The notes: generated by a model not told the origin, from the sequence alone. A stretch of DNA of 19,354 nucleotides from a virus (IMGVR_UViG_2695420523_000020), one strand, 5' to 3'. Shown: positions 1 through 9,335, numbered from the stretch's first letter. Program-made: numbers and translations.

Positions 1-342
1 ATGATGAAAAAAAGTATTCTGGCGTTTCTGTTACTCACCAGTTCTGCAGCGGCGCTGGCTGCACCGCAGGTGATTACTGTCAGCCGTTTTGAAGTGGGTA
101 AAGACAAATGGGCGTTTAATCGCGAAGAGGTGATGCTGACTTGCCGACCGGGTAATGCTTTGTATGTCATCAACCCAAGTACCCTCGTGCAGTATCCTTT
201 AAACGATATCGCACAAAAGGAAGTTGCCAGTGGGAAGACTAAAGCCCAACCCATTTCGGTGATTCAGATTGATGATCCTAACAATCCCGGCGAAAAAATG
301 AGTCTGGCACCGTTTATAGAACGAGCTGAAAAACTCTGTTAA
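1..342 (+). CDS. Host-side small secreted/periplasmic protein (113 aa), possibly YebY-like DUF2511
   Basis: Complete ORF with ATG at 1 and stop at 340-342. N-terminus [23 protein letters not shown] is a typical Sec signal peptide with an AxA cleavage site. Resembles E. coli YebY from memory only. Followed by a hairpin plus T-run. Confidence 0.75.
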   Translation: MMKKSILAFLLLTSSAAALAAPQVITVSRFEVGKDKWAFNREEVMLTCRPGNALYVINPSTLVQYPLNDIAQKEVASGKTKAQPISVIQIDDPNNPGEKMSLAPFIERAEKLC

Positions 343-378
343 TTACCTAAAATAGCCTTTTGATTTCCAATAAAAAAA

Positions 379-413
379 CCGCCTCAGTTCTTTCACCAGA
401 ACGGGCGGTTTTT
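379..413 (+). terminator. Rho-independent terminator of the host gene
   Basis: Stem ccgcc(379-383)/ggcgg(404-408) with inner gttct/agaac pairing, followed by TTTTT at 409-413. Confidence 0.5.
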
Positions 414-637
414 AACATTTAAGCTGATGACCACCGCGCTTTTTATTGACCATTTTGCACGCAAACTGGAAAACCTGGCGTCGTCATCTATTCTTAAAGG
501 GCAAGGCAACTAAGCCTGCATTAATGCCAACTTTTAGCGCACGGCTCTCTCCCAAGAGCCATTTCCCTGGACCGAATACAGGAATCGTACTCGGTCTTTT
601 TTTAATTGTATTTAAAATCAATCAGTTGCAAGCGTCT

Positions 638-657
638 CCCCGAAATTCCCCGAAATT
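638..657. repeat. Tandem direct repeat ccccgaaatt x2 in the int-proximal att region; candidate Int arm-type binding sites
   Basis: Exact 10-bp tandem duplication at 638-647 and 648-657, with a related cgaattt copy at 663-669, lying ~80 bp beyond the 3' end of int in otherwise ORF-free DNA. Confidence 0.35.
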
Positions 658-734
658 TACTCGAATTTCTGTATTCCGGTCTTTTTTGGTTATATCACAA
701 CCAAAATACATTTAACAATCCATTTACGTTAAAA

Positions 735-1811
735 TCAGAGCAGTAAGTACGTTTTTTCTCTCTCATCAAGATACATTTTTGTTGTCTTCTCCGATGTGTG
801 GCCAAGTAGACGCTGAGCAAATTCTTCTCCACATGTTTCTTTGTACAATCGTCCAGCCAGGCTTCTGATCTCGTGAAAAGTTGGTGGGTTTTCACTGAAC
901 TGGATACCTGTTAATTTTCTGGCTGCGACAAATTTTTTTGTCAGGCCATCCGGGTGAATGCTGCCGTCAGGGCTGTTTTTTCTAATCCCGGCACTGATTA
1001 GATAATCTCCCCGGCTTACCAGGCGGCACTGTTCAACTACTGTACCAAGCCGTAGACCAGCGACAGGAAGGCTGAGTGACAGGGGGATAGCAATCATCAT
1101 TCCTGTCTTAATTTGCCTGATGTGGAGACGATCATCATAAATATCACTAAACCGCATATTCGTTATGTCTTCGCGACGTTGTCCTGTTACAAGGGCTAAA
1201 TCCATAGCTAATGGGAACCATGCCGGAAGTTGATCTGCTGCCTCCCTGATGCAGTTGTATGTCTTTAGTTTCAGTCGTTCTCTTGTAACTACTATTTTCG
1301 GTGCTCTTGTTGGCGTTACTGGATTTTGAGATATACGTCCTTCAACAATGGCCTCACGAAACATATCAGACAACACAGAACGCATTGATCCTGCCATTGT
1401 GTTTTTCCCTCCTTCAATCCACAAATCAAGAAACTCGGCAATATGGCGAGTGGTTATTTCTGTCAGTAAAATCTCTCCCAATTTTTCTTTTATTGTCTCC
1501 AGTTGATTTACCCGAATTTTATAAGTATTTCTGGACACTTTTCTCCTTATAAGAATCGTTTTGTAACGTTCAATCCAGTCTGCCATAGTAAATGAGTCGA
1601 ACCCTTTAAGTTTTTCAATTAAGGCAGCAGTAGAGTAGTTTTTGTATATATAGTGATTTGCTTCAATTGCCTGCGCGATTGCATCTCTTCTTGAAATTTT
1701 ACCTAGTGTAAATTCTTCTTTCGTCAGAGGGTTGCGCCAGTAATATGCTTTGTCCCTCCTTCGATATGTTAAGTTTTTAGGCAAATTGGGATCGTATTTT
1801 TTCCGCTGCAT
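735..1811 (-). CDS. int: Tyrosine-type site-specific integrase (lambda Int family), 358 aa
   Basis: ORF translation aligns by eye with lambda Int: N-terminal arm-binding region ([30 protein letters not shown]), catalytic-domain motifs ([10 protein letters not shown]; [11 protein letters not shown]; [18 protein letters not shown] with the terminal Tyr). ATG at 1809-1811. Confidence 0.9.
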   Translation of the reverse strand: MQRKKYDPNLPKNLTYRRRDKAYYWRNPLTKEEFTLGKISRRDAIAQAIEANHYIYKNYSTAALIEKLKGFDSFTMADWIERYKTILIRRKVSRNTYKIRVNQLETIKEKLGEILLTEITTRHIAEFLDLWIEGGKNTMAGSMRSVLSDMFREAIVEGRISQNPVTPTRAPKIVVTRERLKLKTYNCIREAADQLPAWFPLAMDLALVTGQRREDITNMRFSDIYDDRLHIRQIKTGMMIAIPLSLSLPVAGLRLGTVVEQCRLVSRGDYLISAGIRKNSPDGSIHPDGLTKKFVAARKLTGIQFSENPPTFHEIRSLAGRLYKETCGEEFAQRLLGHTSEKTTKMYLDEREKTYLLL

Positions 1812-2064
1812 GTTTTAACTTCTCCAGTAACGGACTGTCTCTCCCTTGTCGCCCATTAGGCTGATGGTGTGTTATATCGGTATCAACCTTATTGGGGTTG
1901 ATATAGAAAGCTTCCGGAACCACCCTGTAACTCCTCCCGTGTAGTTCAGGTGCAGGATAAATGTTTCCATTCCTTGCCCATCGTCTCAGCGTTGATATTG
2001 ATGGTGGGTTATCCGGATATCTGAGTTTTCCCCACGTTTTGAGTGTCACAAGATTCATTGCCAT
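1777..2064 (-). CDS. xis: Excisionase / Xis-like DNA-binding protein (95 aa)
   Basis: Small basic protein immediately upstream of int and overlapping its start by 35 nt, as lambda xis/int do. Motif STLRRWARNGNIYPAPE resembles the Xis winged helix. SD aagagg precedes the ATG at 2062-2064. Confidence 0.7.
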   Translation of the reverse strand: MAMNLVTLKTWGKLRYPDNPPSISTLRRWARNGNIYPAPELHGRSYRVVPEAFYINPNKVDTDITHHQPNGRQGRDSPLLEKLKHAAEKIRSQFA

Positions 2065-2164
2065 ACCTCTTACGATATGACCGCCAGTAAATATACAGAA
2101 TACTGGCGGGTGTGGTTGATTTTTAATAATCAGCTATGAAGTTCTAATTTGTATATAATGCAAC

Positions 2165-2353
2165 TCACGAGGACAGAAGTTTCTCGCAATTAAAATTTAT
2201 CAGCTTTACTTTCTGCTCTCTGGACACGCCTGCTTCTTTTTTCCCTGAGAGCATTTTTTCGCATTCTGATTTCGTTAATTTAGATTTTGAATATCTTGTC
2301 CAGTTAGTAGGAGTGCCACCTTCTTTTTCAATAGTGGCAGTTATTTTATACAT
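2165..2353 (-). CDS. Small prophage protein, YdaC-like (62 aa)
   Basis: ATG at 2351-2353 preceded by a perfect SD GGAGGTG (complement of 2357-2363). Sits between xis and lar as ydaC does in Rac. The longer 86-aa ORF start at 2425 overlaps lar and lacks an SD. Confidence 0.55.
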   Translation of the reverse strand: MYKITATIEKEGGTPTNWTRYSKSKLTKSECEKMLSGKKEAGVSREQKVKLINFNCEKLLSS

Positions 2354-2540
2354 GAACACCTCCATTATTATTTCCAGTAGTTCGTTTATTCCATCTTTCG
2401 AGTGCTTCTTTTTCACTTCCACCATAGCCAGTTCGGGATTCGCATCCGTTGCATTTTGCCCGGTAATATCCTGAAATTGCTTTCACCGTAACAGATGGAC
2501 AACCACAAAACGGACATGGTTTAACATCGTCATATCTCAT
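2346..2540 (-). CDS. ralR: Restriction alleviation protein Lar/RalR family (64 aa), cysteine-rich
   Basis: Translation MRYDDVKPCPFCGCPSVTVKAISGYYRAKCNGCESRTGYGGSEKEALERWNKR carries the CPFCG...C..C...WN.R signature of Lar-family proteins and lies directly downstream of recT as in Rac. Alternative upstream starts at 2552 or 2579 are possible. Confidence 0.75.
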   Translation of the reverse strand: MRYDDVKPCPFCGCPSVTVKAISGYYRAKCNGCESRTGYGGSEKEALERWNKRTTGNNNGGVHV

Positions 2541-2596
2541 AATTTTTGTCATAAAAACTGTCTCGCGTTGGCGGTGCATTACACCGCCAGGCTGAA

Positions 2597-3406
2597 TTAT
2601 TCTTCTGAATTATCGATCACACTGTATTCCCCGGTTAATACAGAGGAGTCTGCCGGATCGATTGTCAGTGGTTCCTTTTCATCCATTGATACTGCACGCT
2701 GGATTTCAATTGAGACAGGCAGGTATTTAAACAGGCGACGAATAGCCGTTTTTTTTGCCATTTCTTCCCAGTGAGTTACCCATGGCCCGTTATTACCAGC
2801 CTTACTCTGGCTGCGCACCAGCTCAATCTGTTTGCGCGTCATAACTTCAAACTGAGTACCTCCGTCTTTCAGTCTTGCGACAGCATAGACGTGGGTAACC
2901 GGGGCATCTTCGTTTTCTCCTGGGCGGTGTATTAACTTTTCATCAAGGCCAAATTCGAAATTAAATTCGTCACCTTCACGGACAACACGGGCTGACAGGC
3001 TGGCGATTTGACCTGAACGGCGAGCCAGATCAATCATGCCGCGATAGCCAATGATTAGCTGAACGTTTTTTTTACCGCTCTTTTCGTTTTTATTACCAAA
3101 AGGCAGTAAATATGCATGACCGAGGGCGCTACCTGGCTCAAGTCCGAGCTGTGAACACTGTACGATTGCACTGACAAAACTCATAGTGTCACAGTTTCCT
3201 AACGCCGGAACTTTACGAATTTCTGTGGTGGCGATACGGATCATACGTTCAGCCGTCATATGGCGTGGAAGAGCTGCTGCCAGTTGCTCTTTCATTGATG
3301 GCTGGTTAATAAAACTAATCACGTCGTTATTTTTAATTGCTGCTGGTGCACGGTTTCCCTGAGTTTTTTGCAGATCGGCTTTTGCGATTGGTGGTTGCTT
3401 AGTCAT
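2597..3406 (-). CDS. recT: RecT single-strand annealing recombinase (269 aa)
   Basis: Translation from [23 protein letters not shown] matches E. coli Rac RecT as recalled. ATG at 3404-3406 sits a few nt from the recE stop (translational coupling). The ORF-track start at 3463 adds 19 residues not expected for RecT. Confidence 0.9.
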   Translation of the reverse strand: MTKQPPIAKADLQKTQGNRAPAAIKNNDVISFINQPSMKEQLAAALPRHMTAERMIRIATTEIRKVPALGNCDTMSFVSAIVQCSQLGLEPGSALGHAYLLPFGNKNEKSGKKNVQLIIGYRGMIDLARRSGQIASLSARVVREGDEFNFEFGLDEKLIHRPGENEDAPVTHVYAVARLKDGGTQFEVMTRKQIELVRSQSKAGNNGPWVTHWEEMAKKTAIRRLFKYLPVSIEIQRAVSMDEKEPLTIDPADSSVLTGEYSVIDNSEE

Positions 3407-6146
3407 TTGCATATTCCTTAGCCCAGCGGGGCAGTGATAACGTCTTAATAGCTGGCCATTCATTGGTATTGAGGCAGTCAGCCAGGGTTCGCAGATTGCG
3501 GTGATATTCCAGCTGACCTGCCAGTTTTGCTTCTTCGCCCATCATGAAAATTTCAACCGGATAACGTCCGCATTCAATAGTTGTGCTGGCAACCAGAAAA
3601 ACGAAAGTTGGCTGCACTCCAAACTGTGCTTCATAACCGTCACTGTAGAATGCATCCTGAACGTGATAGCGGTAGTCGTAATAAGCGGTTTTGAATCGTT
3701 GAATATCCGCCGTAGTTTTCACGTCCATGATCCAGTGAAATTCAGGGATAATTTTGTCCGGACGGCACCGACACAAAATTCCTGTTTCAGGATCTTCCCA
3801 GTAAATTGATGATTCAGCGTGTCCGGCGCTTTCAACAAGCCATTGCCCCAGCGGCAAAGCCATAACGCTTTGATACATGAGTTCAATTTTCCGACCTTCT
3901 TCCGCAGTGATAACCGTTTTTCCTGTGCTTGCGCATTCCATCAGAAACGCTTTCTCTTCTTCTTTTCCGGCGTTTGTACGGCGGTTAAATTCAGGTGCTA
4001 CGATAAAGCGGTTACTGAATTCTTCCGGTTCAAGTACCCGGAAGTGGAAAGCGGTTCCTAAATCGAGCGTTTTTGTCTTTGTGTTGTCCACGGGGGCATT
4101 TTTACGCCACAAATACAGTGCCGGAGTATCAGCAATGTCATCGAGCTGAGACTTACTGACACCGGGACCTACGTGGTAATTCTCATTCGAAATTCCGTAA
4201 TAAATACCTGGCTCTATGTCTTCTACGATTACGGGATCTGCGACTTCGCCAGTTTCATCACTGCAATCGCGATGCGGATCGCTGCCAGCATTCTCATTGT
4301 GCGGATGTTCAGCGCCTTCCATTTCCTCCGGATCATTTTCCTTAGCTTCAACCTGATTCTCTTCATCGAATGTTTCCTGGTATGTTGCGTCGCCCATCAC
4401 CGCGCCACAATCAGGGCAGTTGCCGCCACTCCTCTGGCCGCAGGCGGTGCAGATCTTTTCCGGTTCCTGTTGCACTACTGGTTCAGGTTGTTTCGTTTCT
4501 GGCTCGTTTTGTTGCGTATTTGGGCTGTTCTGTTCCGCTTTCTGGTCGTTCTGTTCCGTTTCTGGCTGATTCTGGTACACAGAATCGCGGGTCTGGATCC
4601 CCTTAATCCATTTCGGATCATTCGGGTCGCTAATCCCTTCAACAAATTCTCCGCGAGAGGCAGCCAGCAATTTGTCGGCATCGACAGGATTTTTGGGCGG
4701 AATGGTTTTCCGGGCTTCATGGAGTTCTGCCCGCAGTTTCTGATATTTCGCATCAACAGAATTTACCTGTGACTGAGCATCCAGCGGCTGCGTGTCCTGA
4801 TGATGTTCAGTTGCATCCGGTTCCACTGTTTCAGCCGTTGCCTGTTTATCTGCCATTGCGCAAGATGGTTGCGGTTTTTCTTCACCATCGTGTTTTCCTT
4901 CTTCTGTTACACGCTGCGGCATCGGGGCAGAGGAACGACCGCAGGCAATATCCACGATTTCCGGATCAGGGTTGGCATGATCGGTTTCAATCAGCACCTT
5001 GTTCAGATATTCAGTGACATGCGCAGGGATAACCTCGATCCCAATTGGTGCTTCTTTTACGGACGCAACCACGATGGCGCGGGAATAATCCAGCCCGCCA
5101 GGCATGGTGATGAATTTGTCGCGGAAAACAGAAAAGGGCGGTTTATTTTCAGCGATAATTTCCTCGACACGTTTAGCGTGTGCCGGATGAAGGTTATAAA
5201 TATCCACATCCATTGAACGGGCCAGAACGCCGGTGGCTACATCTCGTGCGAGTGATGTCTTATCATGTTTGAATCCTTCACCACGATCGGTAATATTTCC
5301 GCCGCCAGCGTTAGCACCGGAAGGCGTACGGGTAATTCCTGAAACATAATTTCCGTTCTGCCATTCTTTTGTCAGCAGGCCCTGATCAAGGTAGTCAGTT
5401 TTCATCCAGGTGGAAATGAACTTGTCGAATTCAGCCGGGCTGATGCGATGATTTGCAGAGTGGGGGAATGCTTTCCCTACAGATTCAGCCAGGCGACTAA
5501 GGTGATAGTTCGTCAGTTTATCCAGTTCATGATGTGCGGCGCGCACAGCAGTAAGCAGGCTCTGAAGGTAACTGTCCTCTGTGTCCATCTCCATACGGAT
5601 CACGTTATTGCGTTGTTCTGGTGTGGCGTGATGCCGGTATTTTCCATCTTCATCCTTGCTGAAGAAGAAGAGGTGAAGGAAGCGATGAGTAAGGCTCAGA
5701 GTGGCGACGGGAATTTCACACTCAGAACAGTCATCGTCGCTGTCCGGGGATTCGCTTTTCTCCACATCATCCGGAATAGTTCCGTCCGGGTCATCGTTGT
5801 CATCGCCAGCAGTTGTGGCATCTTCACCGTTGATGTTGTCATTGAAGGATATAGCCATCATGGTGATGCCATCTTCCCCGCCTTTTTCATAGCGGTTGCA
5901 GAATTCAGTATCAAACACGCCTTCCGGTGGAAGGTCATTCACGACGGGGAAATTTACGCGAACGGGTTTTTTAAAGTCATCTTCATCGTAGCCAGCATCG
6001 TCAATAGCAACAGCACCACGGGATATGGCAATGGATAATTTTTTCGCTTCAGTCCAGTAGAAACCGCCTTTAATACCGAGACGTTTTCTTACTTTGTCAT
6101 TTTTTGCTTCGTAATACAGTGGGTAAACTTGTTTATCGGTGCTCAT
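3399..6146 (-). CDS. recE: RecE exonuclease VIII-like 5'-3' dsDNA exonuclease (915 aa)
   Basis: Very large acidic protein immediately upstream of recT. The central and C-terminal regions (e.g. [29 protein letters not shown]) match RecE as recalled; the N-terminal ~250 aa are divergent. SD gaggt precedes the ATG at 6146. Confidence 0.85.
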   Translation of the reverse strand: MSTDKQVYPLYYEAKNDKVRKRLGIKGGFYWTEAKKLSIAISRGAVAIDDAGYDEDDFKKPVRVNFPVVNDLPPEGVFDTEFCNRYEKGGEDGITMMAISFNDNINGEDATTAGDDNDDPDGTIPDDVEKSESPDSDDDCSECEIPVATLSLTHRFLHLFFFSKDEDGKYRHHATPEQRNNVIRMEMDTEDSYLQSLLTAVRAAHHELDKLTNYHLSRLAESVGKAFPHSANHRISPAEFDKFISTWMKTDYLDQGLLTKEWQNGNYVSGITRTPSGANAGGGNITDRGEGFKHDKTSLARDVATGVLARSMDVDIYNLHPAHAKRVEEIIAENKPPFSVFRDKFITMPGGLDYSRAIVVASVKEAPIGIEVIPAHVTEYLNKVLIETDHANPDPEIVDIACGRSSAPMPQRVTEEGKHDGEEKPQPSCAMADKQATAETVEPDATEHHQDTQPLDAQSQVNSVDAKYQKLRAELHEARKTIPPKNPVDADKLLAASRGEFVEGISDPNDPKWIKGIQTRDSVYQNQPETEQNDQKAEQNSPNTQQNEPETKQPEPVVQQEPEKICTACGQRSGGNCPDCGAVMGDATYQETFDEENQVEAKENDPEEMEGAEHPHNENAGSDPHRDCSDETGEVADPVIVEDIEPGIYYGISNENYHVGPGVSKSQLDDIADTPALYLWRKNAPVDNTKTKTLDLGTAFHFRVLEPEEFSNRFIVAPEFNRRTNAGKEEEKAFLMECASTGKTVITAEEGRKIELMYQSVMALPLGQWLVESAGHAESSIYWEDPETGILCRCRPDKIIPEFHWIMDVKTTADIQRFKTAYYDYRYHVQDAFYSDGYEAQFGVQPTFVFLVASTTIECGRYPVEIFMMGEEAKLAGQLEYHRNLRTLADCLNTNEWPAIKTLSLPRWAKEYAND

Positions 6147-6218
6147 TGTTTTTTAACCTCAACTCAGATTAAAATTCGTTTGTTCAGTGAATAATCTTGC
6201 CGGATACACACTGTTCAT

Positions 6219-6243
6219 AGCCTGCGCCATACGCAGGCTATTT
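6219..6243 (-). other. Perfect 10-bp-stem hairpin between racC and recE
   Basis: atagcctgcg-ccata-cgcaggctat: perfect inverted repeat with a 5-nt loop. No T-run on the minus strand, so more likely an RNA processing or stability element than a terminator. Confidence 0.4.
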
Positions 6244-6246
6244 CTT

Positions 6247-6523
6247 TCAGATTTCACCTTTTAATTTCATTGCAATCAGAGTTGCCAGAAATTCGGCTTT
6301 TTTTTCTGCGGGCAGATTCTTTCCGATATGCACCAGGCACATTTTTTTGACACCTTCATCAAGTGTTTTTACGTTGCCTGATGGACCATCGATATCAACC
6401 ACAGTGAATGGGGGTTTCTTTATTTTCTGTTTTAATCACGTAGCCAATACGCTTTCCTTCCAGATTAACCTCGTGAACAATGTCATCGGTAGTTACAACA
6501 GTGGCTTCATAACTGGTAATCAT
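6247..6523 (-). pseudogene. racC: racC homologue interrupted by a +1 frameshift in a G5/C5 homopolymer
   Basis: ATG at 6521-6523 with SD AAGGAG. The frame reads MITSYEATVVTTDDIVHEVNLEGKRIGYVIKTENKETP then hits TGA. Shifting one base at the run 6410-6414 continues as PFTVVDIDGPSGNVKTLDEGVKKMCLVHIGKNLPAEKKAEFLATLIAMKLKGEI to a stop at 6247-6249, giving 91 codons in total. Confidence 0.6.
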
Positions 6524-6596
6524 TTTTTCTCCTTAATTAAGGTTGAGCGAATCCCTGCCATTGCTGGCATAAATTCAGTTTCGAATAGTCAATTAA

Positions 6597-6767
6597 TTAA
6601 AGTTCGTGTGCCATCTGGTCTTTTTCGGCACAAGCTTCACTGCAATATTTTCTCGGTTCGTCTTTTGATAAAGTCCCGTGCATGAAGTGAAGCATTCTTT
6701 CAATAGCTTTGCTTTCTTCAACGTCTTTTTTGCAAAGGTGGTAAGCACATTTTATTTTCTTAGTCAT
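6597..6767 (-). CDS. ydaE: YdaE-like small zinc-binding protein (56 aa)
   Basis: Translation [56 protein letters not shown], with Cys/His ligands. Its ATG overlaps the kilR stop (TGATG). Confidence 0.75.
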   Translation of the reverse strand: MTKKIKCAYHLCKKDVEESKAIERMLHFMHGTLSKDEPRKYCSEACAEKDQMAHEL

Positions 6768-6988
6768 CACCATGACTCCGCCTTTACAGGTAAACCATCA
6801 CGACCGAGGAAGACTTTAATCATGCAGTCAGTAATGCATGTTTTTGTAGTCAGGCTACGAATATAAAGTTTTCGCTTTTTAATATTGTTTGCCGAGGCGA
6901 TATATGTCCGGCCTTCATGAAGAACATAATCGCCAGGAGTCACACACTGACGTGGTATTTCATCAGTTCCGAAGTGATGAGCAATCAT
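6767..6988 (-). CDS. kilR: KilR cell-division inhibitor (73 aa)
   Basis: Translation [42 protein letters not shown]... is near-identical to Rac KilR as recalled. SD AAGGAGATAA upstream of the ATG at 6986-6988. Confidence 0.85.
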   Translation of the reverse strand: MIAHHFGTDEIPRQCVTPGDYVLHEGRTYIASANNIKKRKLYIRSLTTKTCITDCMIKVFLGRDGLPVKAESW

Positions 6989-7034
6989 AATTATCTCCTT
7001 AATAAATTTCTCGTATTAAGAAAATTCCAGAAAA

Positions 7035-7589
7035 CTATTTAATACTCAGCAACTGCTCGACGGTCATATTTTTAATTGCGCTTCGGTTTACAAGAGTCCA
7101 GCCCTGTTTCTCCAGATAAAGGCGGAAAGTGTCCAGGGTACAGACGAGAGCGCCATCAGGAACGGTTTCAGTGAATTCGACGTTGCCGAATTTGTCGAAG
7201 CGAACAACCAGAGTGCGCCCATCGCCCGGAATGATTTTGTTTGTGGGAGTGGTATTATTCTGGCGTAGCTCTGCTTCCATGCGGTCGAACTCAGCGATGT
7301 AGGCCTCTTTGAATGCAGCGGCTTTTTTGCCAGTGAAACCCATCACCAGGAAAACGAAGCCGTTTTTGGTGATTTGGTACATTGGGAGTTTGCGCCCGGT
7401 TGAGTCGGTGTATTCACTTGGCTTAAAATTAAGCTCAGTGAATTCTGAGGAACATTCCAGAGCTTCAATTTTTTGAATGACGTTTTTATGCAGCTTGCGG
7501 AAAAACTCTGCAACTGCAACAGACGTAGTGACAGCACGACCATTTTCGATGGTTACGTCAGGGTGAGAAAGGGTAGGGATAGTAGCCAT
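7035..7589 (-). CDS. Rha-family phage regulatory protein (184 aa from the internal ATG; the ORF is open to 7883)
   Basis: Rha-like conserved block VTIENGRAVTTSVAVAEFFRKLHKNVIQKIEAL...KLPMYQITKNGFVFLVMGFTGKKAAAFKEAYIAEFDRME. Start chosen at ATG 7587-7589 (SD gagg), so the domain begins near residue 10 as in typical Rha proteins. The upstream in-frame 98 codons contain a terminator-like hairpin and non-protein-like composition. Confidence 0.6.
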   Translation of the reverse strand: MATIPTLSHPDVTIENGRAVTTSVAVAEFFRKLHKNVIQKIEALECSSEFTELNFKPSEYTDSTGRKLPMYQITKNGFVFLVMGFTGKKAAAFKEAYIAEFDRMEAELRQNNTTPTNKIIPGDGRTLVVRFDKFGNVEFTETVPDGALVCTLDTFRLYLEKQGWTLVNRSAIKNMTVEQLLSIK

Positions 7590-7755
7590 GATGGCAGCCT
7601 CTAGTGATAAGTTGGTAAACTCACCACCGGAGGTGCAAATCTCATGGGTGGTGAGACGTACAGGGTTTGCACTACCGGTCACTAGAGAATCCGGCCCGCC
7701 CGAAAACGGCCCCATACGCCCCACCATAATCTGAATGTGGCTGCGCTTTACGCAT

Positions 7756-7778
7756 AAAAAAACCGCTTTGGCGCGGTT
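7756..7778 (-). terminator. Hairpin plus T7 on the minus strand
   Basis: Minus strand reads aaccgc-gccaaa-gcggtt followed by TTTTTTT (plus-strand A-run 7756-7762). It lies inside the putative N-terminal extension of the Rha ORF. Confidence 0.4.
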
Positions 7779-8061
7779 ATGCGCTCTAGTGATCATCGGG
7801 GTGCAAATCCCGGCACCCGTTTTATGAGGTGCAGGTGCACTATAATTCCACCCGTTCTGGTTTTCAATAGCTACATTCAACATTTTCTCTCACCTTTCAT
7901 CACTGAAGTGAACTTTGTTGATGCGGTGCCTGGTGCCTCCAGGTGACGTTAACCAGTTAACAATTAACGCCGGATATTTCACCCATAACTCTGCTACGAA
8001 GGACAATAGCTTTTTAACTGTTCCGCGTGCGCTTAGCCGCATTCACCGCATCACAAAATTC

Positions 8062-8113
8062 ACTTTAAAAAGGGCGGACATCAGTCGAACTTCAAGAAAA
8101 AACTGATGCCGCC
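8062..8113 (-). terminator. Long hairpin plus T-run on the minus strand, ~200 nt downstream of the ydaG-like gene
   Basis: Stem ggcggcatcagt / actgatgtccgcc (12 bp with one bulge, 16-nt loop), followed on the minus strand by cTTTTTaaa. Confidence 0.45.
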
Positions 8114-8311
8114 AAGACTACACACAGCAGTGTTGTTATTCACAACCGGAGGCGCACTCCCACCATTTAAATTTAACAGACAAGACCGACTCTTTATGGA
8201 TACCGGAAATGCGCCTTCGTGTTATGCCCGGTTTTATTTCACCACCTCCGGGCTTTGGTGGCCTCGGCTATACCTCTACAGCGAGAATATTGAATTAATC
8301 CAATAAATGGA

Positions 8312-8464
8312 TTAGCTGGTATTTTTGGCAAGCCAGCGACGTGCGCCTGTTTCAGTTTTAAATGTTTTGCTTTTGGTATACGTCATGGCGGTGAACGTTC
8401 CATCCTGGTTGGGGAACACGCCACACACTAGGGATTCGTTGTTGCCGAGGTCGATTTTTTGCAT
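8312..8464 (-). CDS. YdaG-like small protein (50 aa)
   Basis: ORF below the track threshold: MQKIDLGNNESLVCGVFPNQDGTFTAMTYTKSKTFKTETGARRWLAKNTS. Lies immediately downstream of the ydaF-like gene in the leftward operon, in the Rac ydaF-ydaG position. Confidence 0.55.
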   Translation of the reverse strand: MQKIDLGNNESLVCGVFPNQDGTFTAMTYTKSKTFKTETGARRWLAKNTS

Positions 8465-8474
8465 TTTGCGAATC

Positions 8475-8609
8475 TCACATCTTGTTGCTGCATATAGCGG
8501 CTTCTGCCTGCCAGAGATCCCAGTCGTTGCTGCGTAGAGCCTGTACAGCTTGGCTGTAAGTGATACCGCAACAATCCATCAAATACTGAACTACTTCGTA
8601 ATGCACCAT
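8475..8609 (-). CDS. YdaF-like small protein (44 aa)
   Basis: ORF MVHYEVVQYLMDCCGITYSQAVQALRSNDWDLWQAEAAICSNKM with a strong SD AAGGGAGAG 6 nt upstream of the ATG at 8607-8609. Confidence 0.55.
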   Translation of the reverse strand: MVHYEVVQYLMDCCGITYSQAVQALRSNDWDLWQAEAAICSNKM

Positions 8610-8675
8610 TTTATCTCTCCCTTTAACGCCGGGTGGCGGAACTAAAACCTACAGCGCCGTGCTGCTTCTGTAATA

Positions 8676-8704
8676 ATATTAGTTATGTTAATATTAATGA
8701 TCAA
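8676..8704 (-). promoter_or_regulatory. Putative leftward early promoter (pL-like) driving ydaF-ydaG
   Basis: Minus strand TTGATC (-35, complement of 8699-8704), 17-nt spacer, TAATAT (-10, complement of 8676-8681). An inverted repeat atcaac-N16-gttgat lies just upstream as a possible operator. Confidence 0.45.
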
Positions 8705-8796
8705 CACAAATATGCATTTCGTTGATAAAAATGTACTATCCTAATGAAATTTTTAGTGTTTTTTTGATAAAAAGTAAGGCGGGGGCGGGCGGAGGG

Positions 8797-8825
8797 GACA
8801 AAAAAACCGCCAAAAATGGCGGTTT
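8797..8825 (-). terminator. Rho-independent terminator after the repressor gene (potentially bidirectional)
   Basis: aaccgcc-aaaaat-ggcggtt hairpin at 8805-8824, flanked by an A7 run on plus (a T7 run on minus) and TTT on plus. Sits 20 nt past the racR-like stop. Confidence 0.6.
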
Positions 8826-8844
8826 AGTTACGAGATGGTGGGAG

Positions 8845-9309
8845 CTATTTCTTCATGCGTTTTTGAGCTGCCAGCATATTTTCAAATGCTTCTTTGTAGA
8901 GTTCATTCTGACCTTTAAGTCTTTCGATTAGTTTTGCTTTTTCTGATTCGGGAAGGATATCAAAAAGATCTAGTAAATCAGCTTGTTGCTTGTTAACCAT
9001 CCGCCAACCTTCGCCTTCGAAACTTTCGTCATAAGTTCCTGAGGAACGGACGTAATTCATCAGATCAGCTAAATCAGGCCTCAACTCTTCAGGCTTAACT
9101 CTTAGTAATACAGCGAATTTTAATGCCGCATCAGTATTAAGTGGAGCCTTTCCGTTGAGATAATGGCTAACCGCAGATTGCGCCTCAAAACCCATTAGCT
9201 CGGCAGCAAGCTCCTGAGTCAGTTTGAGCTCTCTTTTTTTTGCATCCCAGATTGCGCGCAGACGTTGCGTAGCTTCCGGCGATGCGATTTCTTCGCGTTT
9301 TCTTCTCAT
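8845..9309 (-). CDS. racR: Prophage repressor, RacR/cI-like HTH protein (154 aa)
   Basis: Helix-turn-helix segment LTQELAAELMGFEAQSAVSHYLNGKAPLNTDAALKFAVLL. Divergently oriented to the cro-like ydaS across a ~100 bp operator region, the classic immunity layout. No S24 peptidase domain seen. Confidence 0.7.
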   Translation of the reverse strand: MRRKREEIASPEATQRLRAIWDAKKRELKLTQELAAELMGFEAQSAVSHYLNGKAPLNTDAALKFAVLLRVKPEELRPDLADLMNYVRSSGTYDESFEGEGWRMVNKQQADLLDLFDILPESEKAKLIERLKGQNELYKEAFENMLAAQKRMKK

Positions 9310-9320
9310 ACCACCATCTT

Positions 9321-9335
9321 ATGAATACAGTTCAT
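9321..9335. promoter_or_regulatory. Palindromic operator candidate in the racR/ydaS divergent region
   Basis: ATGAA-tacag-TTCAT inverted repeat located 12 nt upstream of the racR start codon, inside the 104-bp divergent intergenic region. Confidence 0.35.

Noticed and set aside
446-715. 89-aa plus-strand ORF in the att region
   Set aside because: No SD, spans the host terminator and att repeats, translation not protein-like.
4173-5216. Several plus-strand ORFs (78-199 aa) inside recE
   Set aside because: Antisense to a well-supported 915-aa RecE-like gene; low-complexity Phe/Leu/Arg-rich translations typical of shadow ORFs.
7915-8537. Plus-strand ORFs 7915-8106, 8106-8306 and 8325-8537
   Set aside because: TTG or weak starts with no SD; the third is antisense to the better-supported ydaF/ydaG-like genes, and the first two lie in the structured non-coding region.
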